The notes: generated by a model from the letters alone, not told the origin. Numbered from the whole stretch's first letter, positions 36,457 through 49,456 are shown. The stretch: DNA of 62,945 bases, filler included, from Hyphochytrium catenoides (GCA_900088475.1; 9 parts of 9 records of this genome joined end to end with filler, not necessarily neighbours in it), one strand, 5' to 3'. A program made the numbers and translations.

Positions 36457-39384
36457 ATTTTGGATGCAGTAGGCCATTATCATCTTCTTTCCTTTGACAG
36501 ACAAAGAGAAGGAGGAAGGAAGCCATCATCATCCACAACATGACTTCTCAGGACTGCCTCTTCAACAGGCACGGGCAATAAGAGCATAGTCTTGCGCCTG
36601 CTCCTTCCTGCGATCCTTCATCCACATTGATGATGGTTGGCAGCTACTCCGTTGGGGCTCCGCAAAAGAAAGTCTCCCCCGCGTTGTGGAGCGCCCTTCA
36701 TGCTGTCAACGGCTGCAGGTCTTTCCCTTCCTCTTGTACTGCAGCCAACGGCCTTTGCGATGCATTGAGAGTCGCCTTGCATGCAAGGGGTTTGGTGCGC
36801 CTGCCAGGAGGTCTGGAGAGGGGCCAAGAAGGCGGATCATCCACATGATGGCAGGCAGAATGATGGAGGCTGTTCCTCTCATCTATCTCATGCTGGCAGC
36901 TTTCCTCCCGTTGTGAATAGCCAGGAAGGCCGCTGAAGCTGACGACAGACAGTGAAATAGCTTGTCAAGGCGTCAAGAATGGTTCCCACAGCTGTCTATC
37001 CCACAGCCGTCCTGCCTAAAGACTAAAATAATATTGGCCGACATGAGTGACAATAGCGGCCGCGGCCGCATGGACCTACCGCTAACGACGACCATCATCT
37101 ACCTTTTGGTACCTGCCCTAATAATGACGCGAGTCCTGCAGACAACAAGCGGATCGCTGCTGCTTGCCCAATGATGTGTCTTCTTCTCCTAGTGGTTGAA
37201 GACGGTGATGGCTCTCGCTTTGTTGGGAGCCATCGCCCGGGCGACAGCTTTTGTTACTCTTACGCCACCACCGAAGAAGAGAGAAGATAGAAGCTGGACG
37301 ACTCACTTCATCATCTATTGCATCGTCCTGGCAGCAGCCCACCAGCAATCTTCGATCCTTCTTCCTCGTGCTCATTAGCCCTCCATATTATCCTTCTGTC
37401 ACTGTCCACCTTCTTCTGGACTAGTAATATATCGAGGGGCCGGGAGAAGTAGGCTACATGGCTGCTTGGGGAGCGAAAGGACAGACGCAGCTTCATCTTA
37501 CTTTATTCACTGCCTCGTGTCACTATTTTTTAAGTTGATAGCTACGAAGAGAAAACAAATCGTCCTGGAGAAGTAAAGCAAAAGCCTTGGTTGAAGAAGT
37601 GTCTACAAGGATGTTATCTTTTGGCCTGTGCTACTTCGACTAGGATGAAGATGAGCAGGGCAGCTGAGCTGATTGGCCTTGAAGATGAAGGAGGCGCCAC
37701 CACGACAGCAAGCATAATATTCATGGTACCCAGTCCTCCCTTCTTGGCGCCAAGCACTTATTGTCGGAGGAGAAGTGAAGTGAGCGGTGGCCGGTCGATC
37801 CATGCTTCTCCCTGACGTTAACTTCATCATTAAAGCGACATATGTTCTTCTTCTTCCTTGATTGAATAGATGACAACAGAGAACATATACACGGGAGGAG
37901 AGACATCGAGACGACACGCTGCCCACTGCGCGTGTACTACTAGCGATAGGTTGAGAATCTAGCAGGAGAAGCCTAGGACGGGACCGCTTCGCTCAAGCAT
38001 CGAGTGGCTCCATCCGAGAAGAAGAACGCACGTGCAGACTCCTAGTAGAGGAAGCCTAAATCATTCAGATGGACTCATCCTCCTAGGTTCTTCCCTTCTT
38101 TCCGACGCTTTGACGGCGGTACACTAAAGGCCTTTAGCAGTTAGTGAGCTGAGCAGCAGCAGGAGAGAGAAGGAGGATGCTCGCTGTCACAAGGCAGGCT
38201 CAGAAGAACTCCGTATGTTGCCTTTCTCACAGAACTAGAGAAGAGTAAGGGAAGGTGGGCAGCAGCCAGCTTCCGCCCATGCTGTTTGGCGTTACCAGCC
38301 TCCTGCACCCGGGCCGACCAGGCCCCGAAGAGCCCATCATCAAATCCCCATCCGGCTCGATGACTCTGTCTTCCAGTCCCTTTCCTCCTCCAGCAAGAAG
38401 CAGGGGCTCAGGCTCATCATTGCAGGTGAGCAGTAGGAACTTTCTCAAAGTAGACAATCTAATGAGCGAAGTTCACTATTCGTCAAGAAAGTGAGACAAG
38501 AAACCTCGCTAAGGAACCTCGCTTGGCCGCTGCCGCCTTGGACATCCATACCCGGTCTGTTGCATGGTGCCCACCATCACCAAGGAACCAATAAGCTTCC
38601 CCTTTCCTCAGCAAAACTGATAGCGTAGTAGCCCATCGTCCCAATGCTTGCCACCTTATAATCTTGATACATCTTCGGGTACGATCGCTCAACTCGCTCA
38701 ACAAGAAGGACGACATTGAAAGAACGACTGGGTGGACACTATGGGCGCGGGTACATTACGGCGTGGCTGGTTTGCCTGGAACATTCTCTAGAAGAGCAGC
38801 AGACTTTGGTCCAAGCCATAGACAATGCTCCCGCTAGTAGTGGGCAGAAAAGCTTTGAGAGTGGGAAGAAGCACCACAGTTTCTCCCAGCGAGCTTGTGC
38901 TGCTGCTGCTGCTCTGTTCGCCGCATGATGACATGGATGGGCAAACCTCGCATCACTGTTCGCCCGCTGCTCTCGGGCTATGTCCACGTTCAATCGATGA
39001 TGTCAGCAGCAGGAGGGCAGCAATAATCTCTATCCTATGAGGAAGTAATGATGATGGCTTCGGGAAGAGGATGTGCATGTTCATTCTTCTTCTTCTCCAC
39101 CTAGTCCAGACCAATTTCAAGAGGCAAGATCACCACCTGTTCTGCAGCAAGGAATGCATGCGCAGCAGTGAGAGCACGGACTAACTGAGCCGCGCGCAGG
39201 ATGCCGTCTTTCTCTGACTCTCATGCCAGTCACTCAGCGCTGATGGAAACGGGAGGAGGACAAGAGGAAGAAAAGAGAGAAGAGAAGAGAGCAGCTGCCT
39301 CAGAAAAAGATTCACCAAGAAGTTCATCATCCAGCCATCATCAGAAGTGAAACGAGACTGAAGATATGACGGCGAGAGAGAGAG

Positions 39385-39432
<48 letters not shown>

Positions 39433-41744
39433 AGAGAGAGAGAAAGAGAGAGAGAGAGAGGGAATGAGAGGGAGAGAGAGAGTCATAAAAGAGGAGAGAG
39501 AAGAGAAAGACAATGGAAAGATCCAACACAGGGAAGAAAGATTCTCTCCATTATTGGCTGCTCTTCCATCACCTCTTAACCTGCAACCCCCACTTCTCCT
39601 TCAATACGACATTCCTAGGAAACGCTCGTTGATAAGCCCCGGGTTAGAACAAGCTACAGAAAAGAATTGTGAAGCGCTGAAAGCCATCTGCTGACTTTAC
39701 CTACAAATCGCGGAAGACAGCAGAATACGAAAATCATAGGTTCACTGTCCGCACCCCATGGATTCATTATTAGGCATTATCGTCCCAGAGTTATATGATA
39801 GGGCAAACAGCTCCAGAAGCCGGCACCCAGCCGCCCTTGGCCGGTACATAGGATCCGAGAGAAGATGAGGCGGAGGAAGAAGAGACGGCAGTGGACAGGA
39901 GGAAGGAGAAGAGAGACGCCAGCAAGAGGTAAAGAAGACGGCGAACAGAGGCCAAAGTCCTCGGTGATGTCAGCGCCTGAGAGATCCTGCAGCGCAAGGA
40001 GAAGGAAGAAACAAGCAGCCAGAGCCCCCGCAACGGCCCTCCTTAGCCTTCCCTCTTCCCTCACGTGACGCCATGCATCAACAAGCGAGCAGTAGTGAGC
40101 CCATCACTCGCGGTACAATGCACTGATGAGGCTTGCTGGCTGGCGGGGGTGTGAGGAAGGGTGACCCGGGAAGAAAGAGGTACCCTGGTGGCGAGAACAG
40201 CCAGAAGTCTCTTGCAGGTGCTTCGCTTCTTGCCTCCTGTGCGATGCAACAGGTGCTAGCCTCACAGCAGCACGCGGCAGCGCGAGGCTAGGCAGAACGA
40301 CGGCAACTGATACTGAGGAAGAGCGGAACAGGAGAGGAGAGGGTAAGAAACGATGATGGAGAGAATGGAGTGCCGCGCCATAAGATCTCAATGACGTCCT
40401 CCTTTTTCTCTCTTTTCCCGCCCTCTCACGCTGTCTCTTTTCTCCTTTCTCCCTATGCCTGTGCCTTTCTTCTACATTGCCTTTCAGAGCTTGGACGAAC
40501 TCATCTTACTCATAGTCTTCTGAACAGGCTAAGCCACAGCCGGAGAGTAGTAGTGCTAGCCCTTGTCTTTCCAGTCCCTTTCTCCGAACCTTCTCTTAGT
40601 CCTTCCTTTTTCAGGGCTCTCTCCTCTCACTCTTATAGTCTAGGGATGATAGGGTGTACCTGGTCTCTCCACAGGCTTCTTTCTCTAGCTGTCCGTGTCC
40701 CTTAGCTGTCCTCTTTGGTCCTCCGGCTCACCAAGATCCAACATCGTGCTTCCTGATGACCAATAATGACGTAGGAGCTCGTCGTCCCTTTCCCTTCCTG
40801 CGTGACGTTTGCTAATAACTTCTGCCTAGGGAGAAGCAGGGATTAAGGTCACCACCATAGATCTAGGAACTGCGTACTCCCGGAGTTAACTAACTGAATG
40901 AGCGATCAGAACTGGTTCCGTATCTTTTCTCTTCCTCTGCTTCCCAGACAGATCTTACGTCTGTCCTCGCATCCTTCTCCCGACTGAGTACATTCTTCTA
41001 GAGGTCTCTGTCTGTCCACATATTCAGAAGCAGAGTCGTGCTTTGTGGCTTAGCACCTGCATGGAAAGAAGAAGAAGGGAGAAAAAATAGAAGAACTGAA
41101 GGACAAGAAAGAAAGATCGACCATCTCTTTGCTTTTCTGCTCTTTCTTTCTTCCTTGAGCTGGCCTTACGACCTGTCTGTGCTAGGATCCAGGGGACGGT
41201 TCTGTTAAGAGAGAGAGGGAAAGCGAAAGATCTCCAGCTCTTGCCAAGCGCCTACGTTTGTTGAACGTTAAGCTTAGAAGCGAGGCAAGGGTAGCTTTCT
41301 AGCGAGACTGGGAGTTCTTCGACGGCAAGGAGGAGGAGCTCCAACCTAAAGAGAAGAAAGAACTGGGAAAGAGAGAACTTCGTTGTTCTTCCGACTTTCA
41401 GGGAGGAGTTCTTCCTCTGTCCCTTGCACAGCCTGGCCCTGTTCTCTCTCTCGTTGAGAAACAGGCAGCGAACCCTGCCACCCCATCCCGGTGCCACCAT
41501 GACCACCATAAAAGAGAGAAAAAGTAGAGGATCTACCTTCCCGCATTCTCTTCCTCTGCAAAGCTCCTTTGCTGCCAGTCCTGCTGTTGGAGTTCTTCAG
41601 ACCATCGCACTTTCGATTTTGATCGCTATCCCAAAGATCGCTACCAGCCAGCAACCAAGCCAAATATTATCTTAAGAACTTCCAATCCAACACCCGCAGC
41701 AAGTCGAATAACCAGCTGAGTGCAGAGCCTGAACCTTCGTTGAC

Positions 41745-43754
41745 ATGGCAGGAGGAGACGTAAGTCAACAGCTCATTTGCCAAGCACAATGCCTCTTCAA
41801 TCATTTAGCATGTCTTCTTCCCCCTCCTGGCCTGCTCCTTCCTCCCGCGCCGCTTTCCACCGCATTATAGACTAACGCTCGCATCTGCTCCTAACCTCCT
41901 GATGAACAGAATCGCCGTGGTATGTCCGCCCACGAGGCCGGGAAAAAAGGTGCTTCTGCCCGCTGGGGCCGTGATTATACGAAGAACGACGAGGGTGCTC
42001 GGGGCACCATGAGCATGAGCGAGGCTGGGAGAAAAGGAGGCCAAGCCAGAGGAGGTGGAAGCCGCAGGAGCAGCGGCGGCGGAAGCGGCAACAGACGCGG
42101 CACCCGAAGCGCCACAGACCGTGATCCTGAGGAGGAGGAAGAGTACAGCATGGAGGACGAACTTTATGGCGGTGAAGATGACATCATCGACGTCCAGCGC
42201 GGCTACGTTGGAAAGGCCCGTGTCCCCTATCAAGGCCAGCAGAAGAAACAGTCTACGGGGAATCGTGGGCAAGACTTCATCGAGAATGATGATGAAGGCA
42301 GCGTGATGGACGAGGAGGAGATGTATGATGAAGACGACATTGCAGGCGAGGCGCAAGACCGAGAGAGCACTCCAGCCAAGAATCTCCGTCGGAACACCAG
42401 GAAGAACTATGACGAAGACGCAGAGGACGATGCAGACGAGTACATTCTTCAAGAGGCTGAAGACATTGAGGGCGCTGGCGGTCTCGCTCGTAGACAAGGT
42501 CAGGGCCAACAAAGAAGCAAGGGAGGCAAGTTCACTGCGCATGAGCTGGGCAAGATTGGAGCCTCAGCACGCTGGGGCCGAGACTACACGAAGAATGACG
42601 ATGGTGGAGATGGCCGAGGGCGTATAACCACCCATCAGATGGGTAAGAGAGGTGCATCAATCCGTGAAGGACGCGACTATGGAGAAGATGAGGACGAGGA
42701 GGAGGAGGAGCAGCAGCCTAGACGTCGTCAAGGGGGAGGAGGACGCCAGGGCAAAGGCATGAGCGCTCATGAGGCCGGGAAGATTGGGGCTTCTCGTCGA
42801 TGGGGCCGAGACTATACTCAGGATGATGAAGGCGATGAGGGTACTATGGACACTAGGACCGCTGGCAAGAAGGGCGCTTCTCGAAGGTGGGGCCTGAACT
42901 ACGATGAGGAGGACGCGGGTGAAGACCAGGAGGAGGAAGAGGAGGAGGAGCAGCCTCGTCGCCGCCAGGGAGGAGGAGGTGGTCGCCAAGGAGGAGGAGG
43001 CCGTCAACAGGGAGGCAGAGCCATGAGTGCACATGAAGCTGGGAAGATCGGAGCTTCTCGGCGTTGGGGACGTGACTATACCCAGGACGATGAAGGTGAT
43101 CGGGGCACCATGAGCATGAGTGAAGCAGGAAGGAAAGGTGGCCATGCAAGATTTGGCAGTGGAAAGAGAGGAGGTGCGATGCGCCGAGACCGCGACTATG
43201 ACGAAGAGGAGGAGGAAGAAGAAGAAGAGGAGCAACCTCGTCGCCGCCAAGGGGGAGGAGGCGGCCGCCAGGGAGGTCGAGGCATGAGCGCACATGAGGC
43301 TGGAAAAATTGGAGCGTCCCGCCGTTGGGGCCGTGACTATACGCAGGACGATGAAGGTGATCGGGGTACCATGAGCATGAGTGAGGCAGGAAGAAAAGGT
43401 GGCCAGGCAAGAGCTGGCAGAGGAAAGAGAGGAGGTGCATTCCGTAGAGACCGCGATTATGAAGAAGAGGAGGAAGATGAAGAAGAGGAGGAGCCCCAGC
43501 AGAGAAGCAGAGGCGGTGGTCGCAGTGGAATGAGCGCCCATGAAGCCGGAAAGAAGGGAGCTTCCGCTCGTTGGGGCCGTGAGTACACTCCAGACGAAGA
43601 AGGAGGCCGTAAAACGATGAGCATGAGTGAAGCCGGCAAGAGGGGAGGCAGAGTGCGTGGTGGCCGCAACCAGGGTGACGACAGACCAAGTAAGAAGCAA
43701 AGAGCTGAACAGTTCGATGAGGATCTTCGTGGACGCATCGCTGCTCAGCCTTAA
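41745..43754 (+). CDS. KGG/GsiB/LEA-group-1-like repeat hydrophilin, paralogue A; exons 41745-41759 and 41910-43754
   Basis: MAGGD|GTAAGT...CTAAC...CAG|NRRGMSAHEAGKKG, matching the start of paralogue B. About 12 motifs of the types MSAHEAGKxGASxRWGRDY and MSMSEAGRKGG, separated by poly-E/D and R/G/Q tracts. Confidence 0.85.
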
Positions 43755-45749
43755 GTTTTGCATGCTTTGCTACTTTTTTGCATTATAATGACTAATGATG
43801 GATTTTGATAGCTTTGTTTCCCTACCACTATCGATTGCCCGACGACCTTCCCGCGTCTGACTGTCTTGCTAACCTCAAAAGCTGCAGATTCTCTCCGTTG
43901 TGCCATGACTATCTTCTCTTCGTTAAGCTTCTCAATCATTAACACCTAGTTCTCCATGGACGGAAAGCGTCGGCTGAAGTATTCTCTTTGCCCTCTTCGT
44001 TCTGCTGGAGGCGATGTCAACAATCGTTGTCCCGGTTATTTCTTAGTGGAGGAAGAATGCTGAATGATGATTGTCTCTTGCTGCTCTTCCTACTCTTCTG
44101 ACAAAGTCAGATCGCAAGAAGCTGCAGGTGGTGCCATCTGCAATGCCGGCGTTCTCCTCATCATTGTTGCCTCATTCAGCTAGATTAAGGGGAAATCGAC
44201 CAAGAAGAAGATGGAAAAGCTGCTGTTACTACTTCTTAACTAGAAGGAAGGCTGGAAGTAGCTGGGTCTTGCTTCTCGACAACTAGGTTGACGGAGGAGG
44301 ACTCCGAACAAACCTCGGTCCCTAGGCTGCTGGTAGCTGCTGTCGTCATAACTCTGAGCAGGAGCTTGTATCTGATCTCTGCAGCAGCAGAAACGGAAGT
44401 ACACAAAGCAGCCTTGACAACACGACGTCATCATGAACGCGATATCATCAATGGAAGAGGACGAGGAGGAGAAGTGTTCCATAAGCCAACAAGAGGACCA
44501 GACGATGGACGGAAGTGGACAATTGTTGCTTTGCGGATCGTCAGATCATCTTGTGATTCCTTTCGAAATTGGCCTTGTGAGATCGCGGCTTTCTAAGATA
44601 AGGGGAGTTCCTATTAGTTCTATTATAAGCTGAGATGCTGGCGCCAAAGGGCAAGGAAGGATGTAAAGGCCGCTTGTCCATCAAGCTTTATTACCAAGAC
44701 ATCTCTCTCGCCTCGGACAGCGGTGTAGCGCTGGCTGACTGGGAGAAGGTGGTTAGTGTGCCTCAGCTTGTGGTCGTAAGACTAGCTGTCACCTACTATG
44801 TTTGCTTCTTCTTCCACGCCTTCCCGCCATCATCAGTGACTAGAAAGAACCGACACATCTTGCCTATCGAATCGGCCTACTATGACGTGCCGAACAAGAA
44901 ATATTTTAACTCGTCAGCACCATTATGCTATCTGTAGAACTAGTATCGGACCGGAGACCAGAGGAATGAGCTTACTCGCTGACCAGAGCACTCCTTTGCA
45001 TAGTGCCTCGCAGCGTCTCGCATCCTGATGAGGCCACCAGCCCAAAGGTCAGGCTTCGCTTTGAGGTGAGCTTCTTCTTATCATCTGAAAGACTGGTCGA
45101 AGAGGGAGGATTCACTCGCCGACACAAGAATGGATAGTAGAAGACCGCTTTGCCAGTACTCCTTAGTGGAGCGCGCCTCTAAGGTTGCTTAGCCAGTATT
45201 AGCGGATTGCCTACTACGGCGAGAAGGTAAGAGGAGAGGTTGCTCGACGAAGAAGCCCTGCGACAGCGCGTCTTCCCAATGGCTCTGTAGTTTATGAAGC
45301 CTTCTTTGGCTAATTAGCCCACTGCGATCGGTAGTAGGTGTCATGCCTGACGCTACATCCTTCCCGCGCTTATAACTAGTTGCCACCTTCTCTCATTAGT
45401 CATTACGTCCCTTGTGGCTTGGTCTCAAGGGTCATGAGGCTTTCTAATGCATATACAGAGGGAGGATTGAAGAGGAGAACAAGGATCAAGTTCTAGGAAG
45501 TCTGTCACCGCTACGAACTGCTGCTGGTGAGAGGTGACACTGATGTCAGCCTTTCTCTAGGGCCTCTTCAACCGCTGACGTAAGACATATTCCTTTATTA
45601 AGCACCTTCGCCACCTTGACAATGTCCCTTGAAGGCCCTTCCTCGCTGAGCCTCCTTCCTTGTCTAGAAAAGTAGTTCTTAGGTGTAGCAACAGGGCCCC
45701 TCCTTCATCGCCTGGCTGCTTGTCGCTCCGGCTACAAGGTGGTGGCAAG

Positions 45750-46098
45750 AGGTATGGGTGATGATGATGCTGCTGCTGGTGGTGCTGCTTCTGTATAGTG
45801 CTGCCTACCCCTGCTGCTGATGCTGGTGCACGGCTTCTCTGTCGTGCAGCCTATCCTATCCCTCCTGCTGCTGGTGGTGCTGGAGATGATGCTGGTGGTG
45901 CTCCTCCTAGCTCCTGCCTGTTAGCCTGGTAGGTGCTGCCCGCTGCCGCTTGCAAGCAAGTGCTACCACTGCTTGCTGCTGGTGGCTGGGCTGGAGCAAG
46001 CTAGGAGGACGATGGCAACCTGTTGCTTTGCTAGCTGCTTGCTGGTGGTGGCGCCTCCGCTCTTCTGATCGCTCGCTGTTTCCATGCAAAGAAGACAA
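45750..46098 (-). pseudogene. Possible decayed Gln/His-rich coding-like tract
   Basis: Reads ...GRS*EEHHQHHLQHHQQQEG*DRLHDREAVHQHQQQG*AAL; three in-frame TAG codons among CAG/CAC runs. Confidence 0.3.
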
Positions 46099-47623
46099 AC
46101 ACTATGATAGCCGCTAACGGCCGGCTATAGTGCCCAGGACGTCGTCCGCTGTGTGGCGTTGTGTCCTGTTCTCCCTCCGAACAACCGGTGTAGACGCACA
46201 ACAAGACCACCCATCCCCCATTAATATCACCAGAATAGATCTATCCCACACGCCTTATGGAGTGTACGAAAGATCGCTGTAGAAGAAAAGGAGAAAGGAT
46301 TTTGTAACGGATGATGGGCCAAACCAGGGCGATGACAGGCTCAGGGCGCCGCGAAACGCAGCTGCGCGGTGCACTAGCAGCAGAGGTAACATCGATTCAA
46401 TGAGAGAGTGAGCACATAAGCAGCTCGTAGAATGAGAGAAGCAGCAGCAGCAGCAGCAATGGAGAGGGACGATGGCCAGCAGAGATAGAGAGAAGAAGAT
46501 AATTGAGGAGGGAGGAGGAGAACAAAGACTTTTCTGCTGATGATGACGGGATGCAACAGTTCTGAGGAAAGATGAGTAAGGAGAAGGGGAAGATAAGGGT
46601 GATGGAGTAAAGGATTGGGGGAAAGGAAGCTCTAGGTTTTGGTCAAGGGAGAAAGAAGCAGGCAGACATCTCCACACTTCCTCCTCAAAGGGAGAAAGCC
46701 AATTGTCCAAATGGTCTAAACGGCTAGGGATACTAGGCCCTGGGTAGCACTGTTCCCCAAATAGCAGATGGAAGAAAGAAGGGAAGATGCAGGGCAACTC
46801 TTGGCAAGGCCTCCTTTCTTGTCCTTCTTTCCCTTTCCTGATGCCCGGGACAGCTGGTATCCCTCTTTCATTGAAACCTTGGGTCCTGCAGACAGCAGCT
46901 TCCTGACATTCTGGATTAGAGGAGAAAGCAGTTGAGTTCATAAAAGTCTTCTGGTTCTTTATAAACTTTACACTTTTGGGGTGATAGCTGCGTACGTACT
47001 CAAGAGAGGAGAGAAGGTGAAGACGTACTCCAATAGCGACCGTAAGCACGAACACAAAGCTTCCTACTCCTCGTCAAAGATCTTGGTCCTTGATTCTTTC
47101 TTCCCTCTTGCTCTTGCTTCTTTCTACAAGTAGGCTTAGCCTATCCTTACCCTTGAAAGTTAAATGTATGGCATTCTAAGTAAGACCCTAAGCTTTTCCT
47201 CATCTAAACTTTGGCCCTTTGGAGCTGAAGTTGCTTCCTTGGTCTCTACCTGAAGGACGAGACCACTGCTGGTTGGACAGACATGCAGGGAGATCAAGGC
47301 AGAACGAAGAAAGAACTTTGATGTTCTTTCCTCCTCATCGTGCTCTCGCTGTTCTGTCTCTAACTGTTAGGAAGTAGTAGTTAGAGCTTAGTCATAAAAG
47401 AACTCATAAAAAACGAGGCGGACTCGTACTGAAAAAGTTCCCTACTAGTAGCGTCAGCACAAAAGCGAAGATCTTCGAGCTGTAGGTCCTCATCTTCCTC
47501 GTCATTCAGAAGCTCTCTGTGACTGCCACTTTTCATTTTGAACCCTGCAAAGCACCAACAACGTAGCATTTTTGAAGAAAGCAGCGCCAAGGCAGCGCAG
47601 CAAGCATCTGTGGTACAGAAACC

Positions 47624-47631
47624 TATTATAA
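47624..47631 (+). promoter_or_regulatory. TATA-like element upstream of paralogue B
   Basis: TATTATAA about 30 bp before the ATG at 47657 in an otherwise GC-balanced context. Confidence 0.25.
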
Positions 47632-47656
47632 GAGGCAGTAGACAGCTCTAAGAACC

Positions 47657-49456
47657 ATGGGAGCTGGAGACAATCGTCGCGGTATGTCCGCCCATGATGC
47701 AGGAAAGAAGGGCGCCTCCAGAAGATGGGGCAAGAACTACTATGAGGAGGATGAGGATGACTACGACGAGGAGGAGGAAGAGCAGCAGCCTCAACGCCGC
47801 CGCCAAAGTGGTGGTGGCCGTCAAGGCGGAGGCAGACCTATGAGCGCCCACGAAGCAGGTAAGAGAGGAGCTTCTGCGCGCTGGGGTCGTAACTATCTTG
47901 AAGACGACGATGAGGGAGACCACGGTACGATGGACATGAGCGAGGCGGGAAGAAGAGGAGGCCAATCTAGAGGAGGACAGTCTAGGGGTGGCAGTCGCGG
48001 TGGAGGAAGCGGCGGCCAGCGCCGAGGCATGAGCCAGCATGATGCAGGCAAGAAAGGAGCATCCATCCGTTGGGGCCGTAACTATATGGACGAAGACGAG
48101 GAGGATGACTACGAAGAGGAGGAGGAGGAGCAGCCACGCGGCCGGCGCGGCGGAGGCCAACAGCGGCGCGGAATGAGCCAGAGTCAAGCCGGCAAGAAAG
48201 GTGCTTCCGCTCGGTTTGGACGTAACTATATGGACGAAGAAGAGGAGGAAGACGAAGAAGAGGAAGAGCAACCCCGACGACGTCAGGGTGGAGGAGGTCG
48301 TCAAGGTGGAAGGGGTATCACAGCCCATGAGGCAGGACTTCGTGGAGCTTCGGCCCGGTGGGGGCGTGACTATACCCAGGATGATGAGGGTGATCCTGGC
48401 ACCATGACCATGAGCGAAGCTGGCAGAAAAGGAGGGCAAGCACGGGGTGGCAGCCGTGGAGGAGGCGGAGGAGGGGGAGGTCAACGCCGAGGAATGAGCC
48501 AGCACGAAGCCGGCAAAAAGGGCGCGTCAGCCCGCTGGGGTCGCAACTACATGGACGAGGACGAAGAAGAGGATTATGAGGAAGAAGAAGAGCCACGAGG
48601 ACGCCGGGGAGGTGGCCAGCAGCGCCGCGGAATGAGCCAGAGTCAAGCAGGCAAAAAGGGTGCTTCTGCCCGATTGGGAAGGAACTACATGGATGAGGAG
48701 GAGGACGAAGAGGAAGACGAAGAGGAACCTCCTCGTCGTCGACAGAGTGGTGGCGGGCGCCAAGGTGGTCGAGGTATTACGGCACACGAGGCCGGCAAGC
48801 GAGGAGCATCTGCGCGTTGGGGCCGTGACTATACTCAGGACGATGACGGCGATCGGGGTACCATGACCATGAGTGAGGCTGGCCGAAAAGGAGGGCAAGC
48901 AAGGGGTGGCTCCCGGGGAGGAGGAGGCAGCAGCGGCCAGAAGAGAGGCGGGATGAGCCGTCAGGAGGCCGGAAGGAAGGGAGCTGCAGCTCGATGGGGT
49001 CGTGAATACTCTGAAGAGGAAGAAGAGGAGCAGCCCCAGCAGAGACCCACAAAGAAGCAGAGGAGCTCTTTCACGCCAAACAAGAGAATTCCAATGGTCA
49101 ACGAGGAAAACCGTGAGCTGTACAACGCCATCCGTGAGCTTCAGGAGTATGAGTTCAGGAACAATAATAAGGTTGAAGGTGCCATGTGTGCCGCGGTAAG
49201 TCCCTTCAACTAGCCCTTTCCCCTACATCCCCGAGCCCTGAATGACTCACATTACCTTACTCTTTCTTTTCCGGTCCTATGTTCTGAACAGCTCGGTAAA
49301 ATCATCAGAGAAATGGATACTCCAATCGAGTCTATTGATGACTTAGCTGAGGTGCCCAACCTCCCTCCTACAGCTTTGAAGCACATTGAAGAGTTTATGG
49401 AGACGGGTACAATTAACAAGACGGAAATTCTCCGGCAGATTGCGGCTCAGCCCTAG
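47657..49456 (+). CDS. KGG/GsiB-like repeat hydrophilin, paralogue B, with a C-terminal Pol X/Pol beta N-terminal-type helix-hairpin-helix domain; exons 47657-49195 and 49292-49456
   Basis: Twelve repeats. GCG|GTAAGT donor at 49196, CAG acceptor ending 49291, phase 0. Spliced tail NRELYNAIRELQEYEFRNNNKVEGAMCAA|LGKIIREMDTPIESIDDLAEVPNLPPTALKHIEEFMETGTINKTEILRQIAAQP*, ending in the same IAAQP* as paralogue A. Confidence 0.85.

Noticed and set aside
46255-47055. 266-aa minus-strand ORF between the KGG paralogues
   Set aside because: Non-ATG start and no recognisable motif; possibly decayed element sequence but unsupported.
41865-48898. Long antisense ORFs (41865-42542, 42657-43763, 47648-48505)
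   Set aside because: Shadows of the repetitive sense genes; the same applies to 4233-4997 and 11588-12382.
41922-49020. Regularly spaced repeats as a CRISPR-like array
   Set aside because: The repeats are in-frame coding units with synonymous variation in intron-containing genes; there are no cas genes.
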